64,000 bases of DNA from Rebecca billardiae RCC1528 (Eukaryota; Protista; Haptophyta). The notes under the pieces were generated by a model. The model worked only from the letters and a program-made list of their open reading frames with translations, was not told where the DNA came from and did not search any database. The position numbers and the translations under genes are program-made. Below, one piece after another: positions 21,802 to 33,829 of this stretch. How positions within the stretch are numbered: position 1 is the first letter of the stretch; the number at the start of each line of letters is the position of its first letter. The stretch is from the NCBI GenBank assembly GCA_965240325.2, contig OZ251222.1, forward strand, positions 4,278,001-4,342,000. Direction: 5' to 3'.

Positions 21802-22968
21802 TCAGCTCGGGTGCCGCGGTGGGCGCCGACGTGGGCGTATGGCCGGCGCCGGCACTACTACTGCCGTCGGTGGGGCCGCGGGCCGCCGTCTTGCCGACCG
21901 GCCTCGCGCGTGCCTGCCCCGCGAGCGCCGTTTCGAGGCGCCGCCGGCCTGGGTCGTGTTCGCCGTGGCGTTCACCGTGCCGCCGTGCGCCTTTTCCTTG
22001 TGACGCGCCGCCGCCTGGTCCCACGGCGGCGTGCAGTGGTGGTCGATCAGGCACGTGCTGCCGGTCCACGCCTGCAGCATCGGCGTGCAGCAGTCCTCCG
22101 GGAACGGGGAGCCGTACCACGCCTCGAACGCCCGCTCCTGCTTTGCGGTTTTGGGCCGCATCTCCTTGCAGTTGAACGCGCCGCCCAGCGCGAGCACGCG
22201 CGTGCCCGTCGCGCGGAGCGAGCGCCACAGCGGCGGCTGGTCCATCACCTCGATGGCGGACGAGGTCGGGCCGCACCGGCTCCTGACATGCGGCCAGCTC
22301 AGCCCCTCCTTGCACGGCGCGCTCGCAAGCGAGCGCACCGCGCCCTCGTACTCCTCCGCCCAACGCGCCCACAGCCGGTCGGTCCTGGGCGTTCGCCGCC
22401 AGAACAGCACACCGCCATTCACGCGCAGTTCGGCGAGGCAGCCGGCAATGGAGGGCTTTCCGCCGAGGGGTGGTTCGCAGCGGAAGCCGTAGGCCGCAAG
22501 GTCGTACGCGCCGTCGAGCATCGCCTCGACCGCGAGCAGCATCGCGCGCGCGTTGCCGCAGAAGTGCGTGTCCGTGTCCACAAAGAGCGTGAAGTCGTAC
22601 GGCGAGCGCATGATCGCAGCGATCTTGTGCCGGCGCTCGCCGACGAGCGTGAGGTTGGGCAGCAGCGACATGGGCTCGGAGACGTGGCCCGTCAGCACGG
22701 CGAACTCCACGCCGCGCCGCGCCGCTGTCGGGCTCATGCGGTTGAGCACGTCCACGCCCTCGGCCGACGTGAAGAGCGTCACGGCCACGCCCGCCTGGCG
22801 CGCTGCGAGCGCGGCGGCTAGCGCCCTGCGCACGTAGCCCTCTTCGCCGAACGCCGCAAAGACGATTCCGTGCGACGTGTTCCGCGTCAGCGCGATCGGG
22901 CTCGCGCCGCCCCGCAGCCCGCACAGCCCGAGTAGCAGCAGCGCCCCGCGCGAGAGGTGGGCCCGCAT
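21802..22968 (-). CDS. Putative GT-A fold glycosyltransferase (nucleotide-diphospho-sugar transferase-like)
   Basis: N-terminal hydrophobic segment (ALLLLGLCGL); KIAAIMRSPYDFTLFVDTDT (DXD motif); VNGGVLFWR; MDQPPLWRSL; FN. Confidence 0.72.
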   Translation of the reverse strand: MRAHLSRGALLLLGLCGLRGGASPIALTRNTSHGIVFAAFGEEGYVRRALAAALAARQAGVAVTLFTSAEGVDVLNRMSPTAARRGVEFAVLTGHVSEPMSLLPNLTLVGERRHKIAAIMRSPYDFTLFVDTDTHFCGNARAMLLAVEAMLDGAYDLAAYGFRCEPPLGGKPSIAGCLAELRVNGGVLFWRRTPRTDRLWARWAEEYEGAVRSLASAPCKEGLSWPHVRSRCGPTSSAIEVMDQPPLWRSLRATGTRVLALGGAFNCKEMRPKTAKQERAFEAWYGSPFPEDCCTPMLQAWTGSTCLIDHHCTPPWDQAAARHKEKAHGGTVNATANTTQAGGASKRRSRGRHARGRSARRRPAAPPTAVVVPAPAIRPRRRPPRHPS

Positions 22969-23081
22969 CGCGGGGCCTCCTCTTCCGCGCGAGGCAAGCG
23001 ACGCACTGAAGGCATGCGCGTCGGAAGCATGCATTCAGCATGCACAATGCATGCTGAATGCATTGTGCATGCGTGTTAGTA

Positions 23082-23190
23082 CAGTTTACTATGTTTTAAC
23101 GTGCACACTTGGTTAAGGCGTGATTGACGCCATCCAACACTGCACAAAGACACCGCCACAATACAGACCGGCGCAGGCAGGTGAGGGGCG
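23082..23190 (+). mobile_element. Tc1/mariner-like element end fragment (copy 1)
   Basis: TA|CAGTTTACTATGTTTTAACGTGCACACTT...GGTTAAGGCGTGATTGACGCC...CACTGCACAAAGACACCGCCACAA matches the reverse complement of 33655-33796. Confidence 0.6.
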
Positions 23191-23790
23191 CGTTGCCGCA
23201 CCTCATCGAGGCGGCCATTGCAGCAAGCGGCCGCCCCGCGCTCGGAGGCACGCGCTCGGGAGCGCGCTCTGACACCACACGGGGAGGGTGCTGCACCTGG
23301 ATGTTGTATCCCAGCCACCTCGAGAGTGCAGCCGCGCCAAACACCTGCCTGCGCTGTGAGCGACGCCACGTCGACTGATCGAGCCCCAGCCGAAGGGAAG
23401 AACTGGAAGATGAAGGGTGGGCAGGTCCACATGCCCGGCGTAAACTGCGCGCTGCTCGCCTGCGGAGGCAAGCAGCGCACCCCCGCCGCCTTCGCAGCAG
23501 CGGGGGCGGGGGAAAGCGGCCCCTCTCGGCTGCCGCCAGCCCCTGTCTGCCCACCTACCCCGGTTGTGGCACAGAGCCTTCGCCTGCCCCGAACACAAAC
23601 ACCTTGTGAACAGGGCCAGGCGCGGCCCCACGCCCCATCGGGACGAGTGGGCCCGCGAAGAGCGCGCCCACGACCTCGTCGGTCGTCGCCGACGCCGCGC
23701 CCTCATGCCCAGACGCCGCAGCCACAGTATTGTACTACTACTACCCCCATACTACCAAGTTTCGGATCTAGCATCTTCGAGCAGTTCCGC

Positions 23791-24172
23791 CGGACCCGGC
23801 GATGGCGACAGTGGCTCGCTCAGCGGCGGGCGCGCCGCGGGCGCGCTGCGGCAGGGCTGAGCAGCCTGTCGGCGCATCGGGTGACGTTCCCGTCAGTATA
23901 CGTCACTAATCGGGTCGCGGTGCCTGCTGGCATCCTCCTCGGCCACTCGCAGCTCGGGCGCTGCGCTGATCGGTACATCCTGCTCGCTTACCCGGTCAGT
24001 GCGCGGCACCGACCCGGGCCCAGCGCAAGCGCCTCGATGAAGGCGGCCAAGGGCTTCAAGCCGTACTCGATTGAGGCGAAGGCGGAGACCTACGCGATAT
24101 AGCGCGCGGTAGTTGCGCAGACGGCGGCTGCCATGCGGTGATGTTGGGGTGCGCGGCTGCGTCAGCTCGGCC
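23791..24172 (+). mobile_element. Truncated copy of the 52007-53495 transposon family
   Basis: Clearly alignable over ~380 bp to 52045-52416 (gatggcgacagtggctcgctca...gcaagcgcctcgatgaaggcggc...gatatagcgcgcggtagttgc). Confidence 0.85.
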
Positions 24173-24550
24173 GCGGCGCCGTCGCGCCGTGCCTCGAGGC
24201 TCGACCGGCCGCCAGCCCGCCACGCCAATTTCAAAAGCAAATATATAAATTATTATGCTTGCGTGCAGCAGGCTTCATCATCATCATCATCCCTGGTGCT
24301 GATACGGTGACGACCGTAGTGCGTCATTATTTGCACCTTGCTGTGTAGACGCCTGCCGCCGTAAGTACGTATACTGTAGAGTGAAGGTGCTACCACCGGG
24401 CAGGCACGGTGACGACGCGCACGTGTGACGTGAGCCGACGTGACCAGTCACCAGTGTAGTGTGAGTGTAGCTCACGGGGCACGGGTTGGTCGGCCTGCGG
24501 TCGCGGCGCGCATGCCTCGCGGCGCGCGGTGCGAGGCGCGAGCCCGCCGC

Positions 24551-25928
24551 TCAGAGCAGGAAGGGCGGCTCGTCGGGCGCCTTGGCGAGGTATGCCGCCT
24601 CGCGGCGCGCTGCGAGCGAGGCCGCCGGAAAGCCGGCGGCGCCGGGGCGCGCGAGCGGCGAGGCGCCGGCCGCGGCCTCGGCGCTCAGCTCGGCGAGCAC
24701 GCTCGGGTCGTTGGCGGCGGCGAGCGCGAGCTCGCGGCCGGCGGCGCGCACGAGCCGCCGCCACGCCCAGCCGCCGAGCCCGCCGCCCCCGCCCGCCGCG
24801 CCGCCCCCGAGCGCCCCGCCGAGCAGCCCGCGCGCCTCGCCCTCGCCGTCGAGCAGGCGCGTGAGCACGCCCGCCCCTCCGGTCGGCTCGTACCGGATGG
24901 CGTACACGCGCTCCGCGCCCGCGTCCTTGAGCTGCAGGATGACGTCGTCCGAGGTGACGAGCGCGTCGCACAGCTTGCGCTCGAGCGCGTCCTGCCCGAA
25001 CCACGTCTCCCCCGTCGCCACCTCCTCGATCTCGAGCTGCGGCCGGTTGCGCTGCACGAAGGCCTTGAAGAGGTCGAGGATCTGCCCGATGTCCTCCCTC
25101 TGCTTGTCGAAGTCCGCCTTGGTCGGCTTCTTGAACGGGGTGAGCGTGCGCTTGAACTTGCCCGCGGTGACGGTGAGGAAGGTGATCCCCTCGTCCTTCA
25201 GCCGGCGGTACACGTTGGGCTGCTCGCTGATCACGCCGATCGAGCCGAGCACGGCGAACGGCGAGGCGAAGAGCCGTCCCTCCGAGGCGACGCACGCCAT
25301 CATGTAACCGCCCGACGCGGCGACCTGGTCGACGCAGACGGTGAGCGTGAGGCCGGCGGACTTGAGCCGCTCGAGCTGCGCGGCGGCGAGGCCGTAGCCC
25401 GTCACCGTGCCGCCCCCCGAGTTCAGCTTGAGCACCACCTCGTCCCCCGGCTGCGCCTGCCGGATCACCGCCGTCACCTCCTCGCGCAGCGCGCCCACCT
25501 GGTTGGCCTGGACGTCGCCGTCGAACGTGAGCACGTACACCGACGCGGGGGCGGGGAGGGGCGCGGGCGCGGCGGCGTCGGGGGCGGCGCCGTCGGGCGG
25601 GGCGTACCCGAGGCCGGAGAGCTGCGCCGCGCGGCGCTGCGCCGAGTACAGCGGCGAGAGCGCGTCGAGCGTGCCGTCGACCCACGAGGGGAGCGCGCCG
25701 TTGCCGTTGCGCGCGCGGGACAGGGGCCCGCGCTCGCGCAGCGCGCCCGGCGCCGGCGCGAGCGCCGCCTTGAGCTTGCGGCGCTGCGTGGAGGTGAGCG
25801 CCGCGCTCACCTCCGCCACGTAGTCCAGCTCGTGCTGCACCGCCTCCACCGACAGCCGGCTCAGCTCCACCTCCAGCTCCGCCATCTGCTTCGCCTTCGG
25901 GTTGAGCATGGCCGCCAGGGGGTTGAGC

Positions 25929-25962
<34 letters not shown>

Positions 25963-26827
25963 GCGACGCGGCGCGCGCGCGCTCGGCGTCGAGGGCGCCC
26001 TCCGCCTCGTCGGCGCCCGCGTGCGCGCCCCCCGCCTCCTCACCGCCCGCGTGCGCGCCCTCCGCCGCCTCCGCCTCCCCCTCCGCGCCCTCCTCCTCCG
26101 CCGCCATCTCGTCGAGGCCATCGATCATGTCGAGCGTGCCCGCCACGCCGCCCGTGTCGACGGCGATCTGGCGCAGCATGGGCAGCAGGCGCGCGACGCG
26201 CCGCCCCGTCTTGTACGTGCGCGCACGCAGCCGGTCGTCCGCGCGGCGCAGCGCCTTGAGCTGCTCGCCGTCCAGCTCGCCCAGCTCCCCAAACTTGCGA
26301 GTCAGCTCGGCGAGCTGCTTGCGCCGCAGCGCCTCGGGCTTGGAGACGGAGGCCTTGGTGAAGGAGTAGGCGTAGCTCGCGAGCTTGTTGTCCAGCACGT
26401 CCACCTTGATCAGCTCCTTCGGCTCCGAGCGCCTGCCGATCAGCTGGCGCAGCAGCTCCGCCATCTCCTCGTCGTCCTCGCGCTTGCCGCCGCGCACCGC
26501 CGCGGCCGTGAGCCCAAAGATGACGGCCGGGACGACCCAGTCGATGGCGACGGTGGCGAGGTGGGCAAGCACCGAGCCGACCGCCTGCCGCTCGTCCGGC
26601 TGCAGCGCCGAGAGGTCGGGCAGCGCGGGCAGCGCGGGCAGCGCCGGGACCCAGCTGCTGTCCGCCTGCTGCGCCGCCTGGCCCGCCGCGTCTGCGAGCG
26701 TGAGGAGCACGTCCGGCGGCGGGGCGAGCGAGGCGCCGAGCGAGGCGCGCGGGTGCAGGGCGCGCGCGCGCAGCCCCGCCGCGCTCCCGCCCAGCGCGAT
26801 GGCAAGCAGCGGCACGCACGCGAGCAT
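24551..26827 (-). CDS. sohB: SohB-like S49 serine peptidase with probable plastid-targeting presequence
   Basis: YVLTFDGDVQANQVGALREEVTAV, DEVVLKLNSGGGTVTGYGLAAAQLERL, VDQVAASGGYMMAC, GSIGV, TAGKFKRTLT, VATGETWFG. N-terminus MLACVPLLAIALGGSAAGLRARALHPRASL. Confidence 0.88.
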
Positions 26828-27148
26828 GGCGTCCCAGCGCGAGGTTCGCGAACGGCCACGGGCTCTCGCTCGAGTGCGCTGCGCGGAATGAGCCTGCTGC
26901 ACACGTGCGCGCGCGTGTGCAGCACACCGCTGCACACGCACCAAGGTCGACGGCCGCGAAGGCCACGGAAGCTTCCGTTCGCGTCTGGAGTTCTCAGAAG
27001 ATTTCCACCGTCGGCTTCAGGTGCTCACCACTGCCGGTCGGGCAGCATGAGCAATGGCTGCGGCTGCCCGCCGGGACAGGCTTGGATGAACGACTCTAGC
27101 TACTCGCAAGCCAATGCGGTGCGCCCCCAGTGACGCTCTCTGCGCGTG

Positions 27149-30100
27149 TCATGGAGGCGCCACGGCGTGCAGCTCGCCCGCGCGCTTCCTCTCGACGAGC
27201 AGCTCGTACGCGGCGCTGAGGTGCGTCTTCTCGTGCGCGCGCAGCTCGCGGCCGAGCAGCTCGATGCGCTCCGCCGGGCAGCCGCGCGCTGACAGCCACT
27301 CGACGACCTCGTGGTCGAGCTCGGCGGGCGGGCGCCCCCGGATCGGGAACGAGTCCGGGAACGACGGGCACGCCGGCCGGAACCACGCGCAGCGCATCAC
27401 CTCCTCGAGCGGCGCGCGCCGGTTCGGGTCGACGGTGAGCATGCGCCGCACCATCTCGTTGGCCTCCTTGGACGCGAGCAGCGGCCGGTCCCAGCGGCCG
27501 GCGAGCACCTTGCGCCGCAGCCCGGACATGTCGTTCGCGTCGAAGGGGAACGCGCCCATCAGCATGGTGTACGCGAGCACGCCGAGGCTCCACACGTCCG
27601 CCGCGCGCCCCGAGTACTCCTGCTGCGCAAAGATCTGCGGCACGGCGCGCGCCGCACAGCGGCGCAGCGCGGCGCGGAGCGGCGCAGTGCCGCGGGGCGG
27701 AGAGGGGGGGCGGCGCGCGGAGTGAGCGCGCGCGCGGCGCGGCGCAGCGCGGAGGCGCGCGGCGCGGGAGCGTCGCGCGCGGCCGCGGCGCGGCGCGCAC
27801 CTCGGGCGCCGAGTAGTGCGGCGAGCCGCACAGCAGCTTGAGCTTGCGCCCCCGCGGCGCGCCCACTGCGAAGCCAAAGTCTGCAAGCTGCGCGGCGCGC
27901 GCGGCGCGCGCGCGGTGAGCGAGGCGGCGCGTGCGGGGCGTGCGGCGCGCGCGGGTGCGCGTGCCGCGCGCACCTTGACGCGCCCCTCCGCGTCGAGCAG
28001 CACGTTGTCCAGCTTGATGTCGCGGTGCACCACCTCCTGCCCCTCGTGGCAGTAGAGCAGTGCGCCGCACAGCTGGCTCAGCAGCGCGCGCGCCTGCCCC
28101 TCGCCAAACTTGCGGCTGCGGTCGAGCGCGTCGCGCAGGGAGCCGCCCGGGGCGTACTCGAGGACGAGGTGGAGGCGGGTGGGCTCGTCGAGCGTCTCGA
28201 GCAGCCGCACGACGTGCGCGTGCTCCAGCCGCGCGTGCACGCGCACCTCCTCCTTCGCCCGCGTCCTCAGCTTGGGGTCGGTGAGCCGCGCCTTGTCGAT
28301 GGTCTTGACCGCCACGCGCGCGCCGCTCAGCCGATGCGTGCCCAGGCGCACCTCGCCGTACGAGCCCTTGCCCAGCAGCTTGCGCGAGACGTCGTACAGC
28401 TCGGAGAGGCCGCTCGCCTCGTCCAGCGTGGGCGCGAGCGCGCGCGAGAGCGCCGGCGCCGCGCGCCGAGCCGCGGGCGCGGCGGGCGGCGGCGCGGCGG
28501 CGCGCGCCGCGTCCGCGTCCGCGGCGGCACCGGCGAGCGCGCCGGCGACGCTCGCCGCGGCGGCGGCCGCGGCGCCCGCGCGCGGCGGCTGCGCGAGCGG
28601 CGGCGGCGGCGGCGGCTTCGCGGCGGCGGCGGCCGGCGGCTGCGCCGGCTGCGCCGCCGCCTCGCCGGCCGTCGGCCTCTGCGCCGGCCGCGCCGCCGCC
28701 TCGCCCCCCGCCTCGCCGCCGCCGCCGCCGCCGCCGTCGGCGGCCGCGGCGGCGCGGCGCACCGCCGCGTCGGCGGCGGCGACGGCCGCGGCGGCCGCGT
28801 CCGCGCTCTGGCCCGCGCGCGCCGCCGCCGCCTCCTGCTGCTGCAGCTCGGCGCGCGCGGCGCGGAGCTCGGCCTCCTTCGCGCGCCGCCGCTCCTCCAG
28901 CTCCGCCTCGCGCTGCGCCAGCGCCTCCGCCTCCGCCGCGCGCCGCGCCTTCGCCTCCGCCACGTGAGCCTGCAGCGCCGCGGCCGCCTCCCGCGCGCGC
29001 GCTCGCTGCTCTGCGACGCTCAGCGGCGGCCCTTCCGCCGAGCTGCGGACGGAGGGCGGGTGCGAGGAGCCGCGGGCGAGCGCGCGCGCGCGCGCCGCCG
29101 CGCGCTCCGCCGCGGCGTCGCGCTCCGCCTCGTCGTCGCTCGCCGCGCCCACCGCCGCCGCCGCCGCCTCGGCGGCCGCGGCCGCGGCGGCGCCGCGCGC
29201 GCCGGCGCCGCGCTCGGCGCGGCGCGCGGACTGCGGCCGGCGCGTGCGCTCCGCAGCCGCAGCGGCGCGGCGCTCGCGCTCGAGCGCGTCGAGCTTGGCG
29301 GCGCGCTCGGCGAGCGCCTCGCGCGCCGCCGCCTCCGCCGCGCGCCGCGCCTCCACCGCGCGCCCCGCCGCCTCGCGCGCCACCCTGTCCCGCTCGGCCT
29401 GGCGCGCGGCCGCGCGCGCGTCGGCCGCGCGCCGCTCCGCTAGCCACGCGCGCGCCGCCTCGCGCGCGCGCGCGGCCGCCGCGGCGCCCTCGGCGTCGGC
29501 GGGCGCGGAGCGGCGCACCGCGTCGGCGGGCGGCGCCCTCGGCGGGCGGGCCGCCCTCGCCTCGCCCGCGCCCGCCGGGCTCGGCCGCCTGCCGCCCTCG
29601 CCGCCGCCGGCCGCGGCGGCGTCCGCGGCCGCGCGCTCGGCGGCAATCGCTGCGGCGCGCTGCCGCTGCTGCTGCGCTGCGGCGCGCTCCTCGTGCGCGC
29701 GGCGCGCTCGCTCGTCGGCGCGCCGCCGCGCGAGCTCCTCCGCGCGGCGCGACGCGTCCACCTGCGCGGACGCCGCCTCCGCCGCGCGCGCGCCCGGCGA
29801 GGCGCGCTCGGCGGCGGCGGCGGCGGCGGCGCCGCCGTCCGCGTCCGCGGCCGCGGCCGCGCGCGGCGCGCGCGGCGTCTGCGCGCGCGCCGCGGGCGCG
29901 GGCGCGGCGGGCGCGGCGGGCGGCGTCGGCCTCGCGGGCGCGGCGGAGCGCGGGCGCGCGGCCGGCCTCGCCGCGCCGCCCTCCGCCGCGGCCGCCGCCT
30001 CGACCGACGCGCGCAGCATCGCCTCCTGCTGCGCCGCCCAGCGCTCCACGGAGCGGCGGCGGCGCGCCGCCTCGGCCGCGGCCGCCTCCGCCGCGTCCGC

Positions 30101-30842
30101 GCGCGCGATCGCCGCCTCGGCCTCGGCCTCCTCGGCGCGCGTGAGCTCGCGCGCCTGCGCGAGCAGCGCCGCCGCGTCCTCCCCCTGCGCCTCCGCCACC
30201 AGCCGCGCCTCGATCTGCCGCCGCCAGCGCGCGGCGGCGGCCGCGTGCGCGCGCTCGCGCTCGGCCGCGGCCGCGGCGCTCGCGTGCGCGACGCGCGCGC
30301 GCTCCGCCTCCTCCGCCTCCGCCGCGGCCTTGGCGCTCGCCTCCGCGTCGGCGAGGCGCTTGGCCGCCTGCGCGCGCGCGCGCTGCGCGCGCGCGCGCGC
30401 GAGCTGCTCCGCCTCCAGCCGCGCCAGCGCCTCCGCGCGCGCCTCCTCCGCCGCGCGCAGCGCTTGGCGGCGCGCCGCCTCGGCCGCGCGCGCCTCGGCG
30501 GCCGCGCGCTCGGCGAGCGATCGCTCGGCGGCGGCGGCGGCCTCGGCCTCGGCGTCGGCCTCGGCGCGCCTCTCCGCCGCCTCGCGCGCGCGCCGCCGCG
30601 CCGCCTCGTTCTGCCGCCGCGCACCCTCCTCCGCCTCCGCCCGCCGCCGCGCCCCCTCCTCCTCCGCCGCGCGCCGCGCCGCCAGCTCCCTGCGCACGCG
30701 CGCCGTCGCCGCCTCCTCACGCTCGCGCTGACGCGCGCGCGCCTGCTCGTGCGCGGCGCGCGTCGCGTCGGCGAGCTGCTCGGCCTGCCGCTCGGCGAGC
30801 GCGCGCCGCCGCACAAAGTCGTCCGCGCCGTCGAGCTCGGCC

Positions 30843-30874
<32 letters not shown>

Positions 30875-31861
30875 CGCCGCTCCGTGCGCGCGCGTGCCGC
30901 CGTGCGCGTGCTCGCCGTCCGCTCGCAGCGCGGGCTCGAGCTCGAGGCCCGCGGCGAGCGCGGCGCTGAGCGCGGCGGCGGGGTCGTCCGCCCCGCGCTC
31001 CGCCCCGCCCAGCGCCTCGGGCACGAGCACCACGTTCTCGCGCAGCGCGGGCGGCACCAGCTCGCGCGCGGCCGCGGCCGGCAGCTGATACAGCGGCTCG
31101 CCTCGGCCGTGGTCAAACAGCAGCGCGGTGCTCAGCGAGAGCGGGGCGAGGCTCACGATGGTGTTGCACTCCTCGGACGGGCGGCCCGGGTTGAGCACGA
31201 CCACGCCGCCCAGCCGGAAGCCGCGCGCCCGCGCCACGCTCAGCTCGCGCGCGCCCGCGCCCGCGGCCGCGCTCAGCTGCGTGCGCGCGCTCGCGGACGC
31301 GACAAGCTTCCGGCGGTTGCGCAGCTGGCCGCCGGGCGCGGCGCGGGGCTGGTCCCACGCGGAGGGCGCCGCGCGGCCCGTGGCGCCGCTCGGCGGGCGC
31401 AGCAGCGAGACCCAGCCGCTCGGCGCGCCCGCGCCCTTCGCGCCCGCGCCCGGCGCCTCGCCCAGCACGGAGCTCACGAACGAGGGCGAGTGCAGCGAGC
31501 CAATCGTGCCCTCGCGGTGCTGCTGCAAGAAGTCGGCGAGGTTGAGCGCGGGCGCGTCGTCGGGGCCGGGACCCAGAGGGGCGAGCTCGTCACCCGCCTC
31601 CGCATCCGTCTCCGCCGCCGCGCCGTCGCCCGCCTCGTCGGCAGGGTGCGCGCCGGCGGCAGTTGGCGCGCTCGCGTCCGCCCCGGCCTCCGCCTCCGCG
31701 CCGACGCCCTGGTCGAACAAGAGGGCGTACACCTGCCGCGGCGCGAGCGCAAGGGGGGCGCCGCGCAGCGCCTCAGCCGTGGGCGCGCGCGCCCCACCCC
31801 GCGCGCGCGCGTCGCGCGCCGCCGCGGGCCTCACCTCATCCGCCGTCGTGGCCGCCACCAT
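27149..31861 (-). CDS. SNF1/AMPK/MARK-like Ser/Thr kinase with long Ala/Glu/Arg coiled-coil N-terminus and UBA-like tail; introns 27635-27800, 27888-27973, probable 31733-31834
   Basis: LGKGSYGEV, VAVK, HRDIKLDN, VK|LADFGF, CGSPHYSAPE|IF, ADVWSLGV. GT-AG introns restore the frame. Confidence 0.9.
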
Positions 31862-31995
31862 CTTCTGCCGCCATCCAACGGTTGCTCGAAGTGAACAAGA
31901 ATGATGGGCGCCAGCCGGTGCGCCGTGCCGCGTGCGGCAAAATCCTCCGGCCTCCCCGGTCCACTGCTGCTCGCCCCTCGCACGCGCGCATCACG

Positions 31996-32330
31996 ATGGC
32001 GGACGCGTTGGGACTACGCGAGGCAATCGCAACGTACCTGGACAGGCCGATCCGTGTTACGCTAAGCGACGGGCGTACGATCAGCGGTGCGCTACCGCAC
32101 GTTGCGTGCGTGCGTACAGCGCATCCTCGACAGCCGACGCATCCACCTCCCCCCCGCGCGCGCGGCTCACAGGCGTGTTCATCTGCCTTGACAAGCAGCG
32201 CAACGTGCTCATCCGCGACGCCGGCGAGATGAGGCCAGACAACGAGCACTCGGAGCGCCACATTGGCCTCGTGCTCGTGCCGTTCGAGCACATCCGCACG
32301 TGCGAGGCGATGTGCGTGCCTAGCAGGTGA
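31996..32330 (+). CDS. NAA38: LSm-domain protein, NatC auxiliary subunit-like (NAA38/LSMD1/Mak31); intron 32087-32172
   Basis: YLDRPIRVTLSDGRTISG|VFICLDKQRNVLIRDAGE...RHIGLVLVPFEHI; Sm1/Sm2 motifs. Confidence 0.78.
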
Positions 32331-33654
32331 ACACGGTCTGACCTCGCATCTCGTAACGCCACGCCCACACGCTCGTGCCATTAGGACCGCTCGTGCCATG
32401 AGGACAACATTGGATCACCGACGGATTGGAGCCCGCCTGAAGGGGGTGCCTGTGAACCCCGCGTTCGCCTGGCGATCGCCGAGGCGGACGACTGCTACGA
32501 CGGCCATCGCGCTGAGAAGGCGGTGATACAATCACGGCGGCGGTTCTGGTGCCCCTTTGTCAGGCAGGCTCGGCGGCGGCTGGGCCGCGCCGCCGCGCCG
32601 CGCCGCCGCCGTCACGCGCCAGTCGCGCCACGACGCCGCACCGCTGTCGCTGACGCTGTCACAGTCGCTGACGCGGCGTGCGGCTCGGTGTCGGGCTGTC
32701 GGTGCGGGTGATCCACGTCGTACTGTACTACTATATATACTGTCCGTGTCGCCGTCGGGCTCAGATCGCGCCCAGATTCCAGAACGAAGATTTCGCGCGG
32801 GGCGGTCCGATTCGCCATTCGGACTTACACAAGTAGGCCGCCCTTACTAGCTTATACGGGCTAGTCGTACTCGTAACTCGTAGTTATAAGTCTAGTTATA
32901 CCGATCGAGACTTTACGGACCTCACGGACACGGTCGCGGGCTCCCGACTGGCGACCCGCGAGTCACTCACTCAGTCAGCCCGGAGGCCGGACCCGCCGGG
33001 CCGGCGGGCGGCCGCCCGCGGACCGCCGGATCGGACTCAAGCAGCAAGAATGCGCGCCACAGCTGCGTATATATATATATATATATGTCTAGCCGTCCTC
33101 GTGAACGCCGACGCCAACTGCTGGCCGAAGGTGGGCACGCCGCCTGGCATGTCGATGCCGAGGCGGCTGCGTGTGTTCCTACTCAGTGGGATTTACGTGT
33201 CCTCATGCCTTGGCGAGCGGCAGCAGATGCGGTGGGCATGCCGCTCGCCGTCGACGAGACGCGGTGCTTGCCGAAAGATGTTGGTCGGTGCACGCGACGC
33301 GCCACCCGCGTGCGAGCCGCCGCCGCCGGCGACGCAGGGCCACGAGCCCGGCTGCAGCCATCTCGCGCGCCCGCGCCTGGCGAAGCAGCCAGGGGGCGCC
33401 GGAAACAGCAGATCTCCGCGGCGACAAATCCGGACAGACTGTTTGTCCGGGAGCAGCGCTTTGAGGCGATGGTCTGGTAGAGGGCGATGTGGCTGATGAG
33501 CGGCGCTGGCGCCCGGCGTTCTTGTCGTCCTCTTAAGACAATCAGTTATTGTACCAATAACCCCACATATATATATAGCTAGCAGCATGTGCATGTATAG
33601 CCGCTGCTCAACGGTACTGTCAACGTGGCACGCGCCAATCTGCACTCACCTTCG

Positions 33655-33796
33655 TCCTCACTTTCCTGCGCCGGCGGTCTGTTTTGTGGCGGTGTCTTTG
33701 TGCAGTGCATGAGTTGCCGGAGCTGACGGTGCCGAGTCGGGCGGCGTCAATCACGCCTTAACCTAGAAAGTGTGCACGTCAAATCATAGTGAATTG
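33655..33796 (-). mobile_element. Tc1/mariner-like element end fragment (copy 2)
   Basis: Reverse complement of 23082-23190 plus a ~35-bp insertion; ends ...CATAGTGAATTG|TA. Confidence 0.6.
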
Positions 33797-33829
33797 TAGC
33801 GCCTCCGTGAAGCGTGGCCACAGATCCGC

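Noticed and set aside
24390-31894. Numerous long overlapping Ala/Arg/Pro-rich ORFs here and across 41000-50000 and 53000-64000
   Set aside because: Stop-poor shadow frames of extremely GC-rich coding DNA with no domain motifs.
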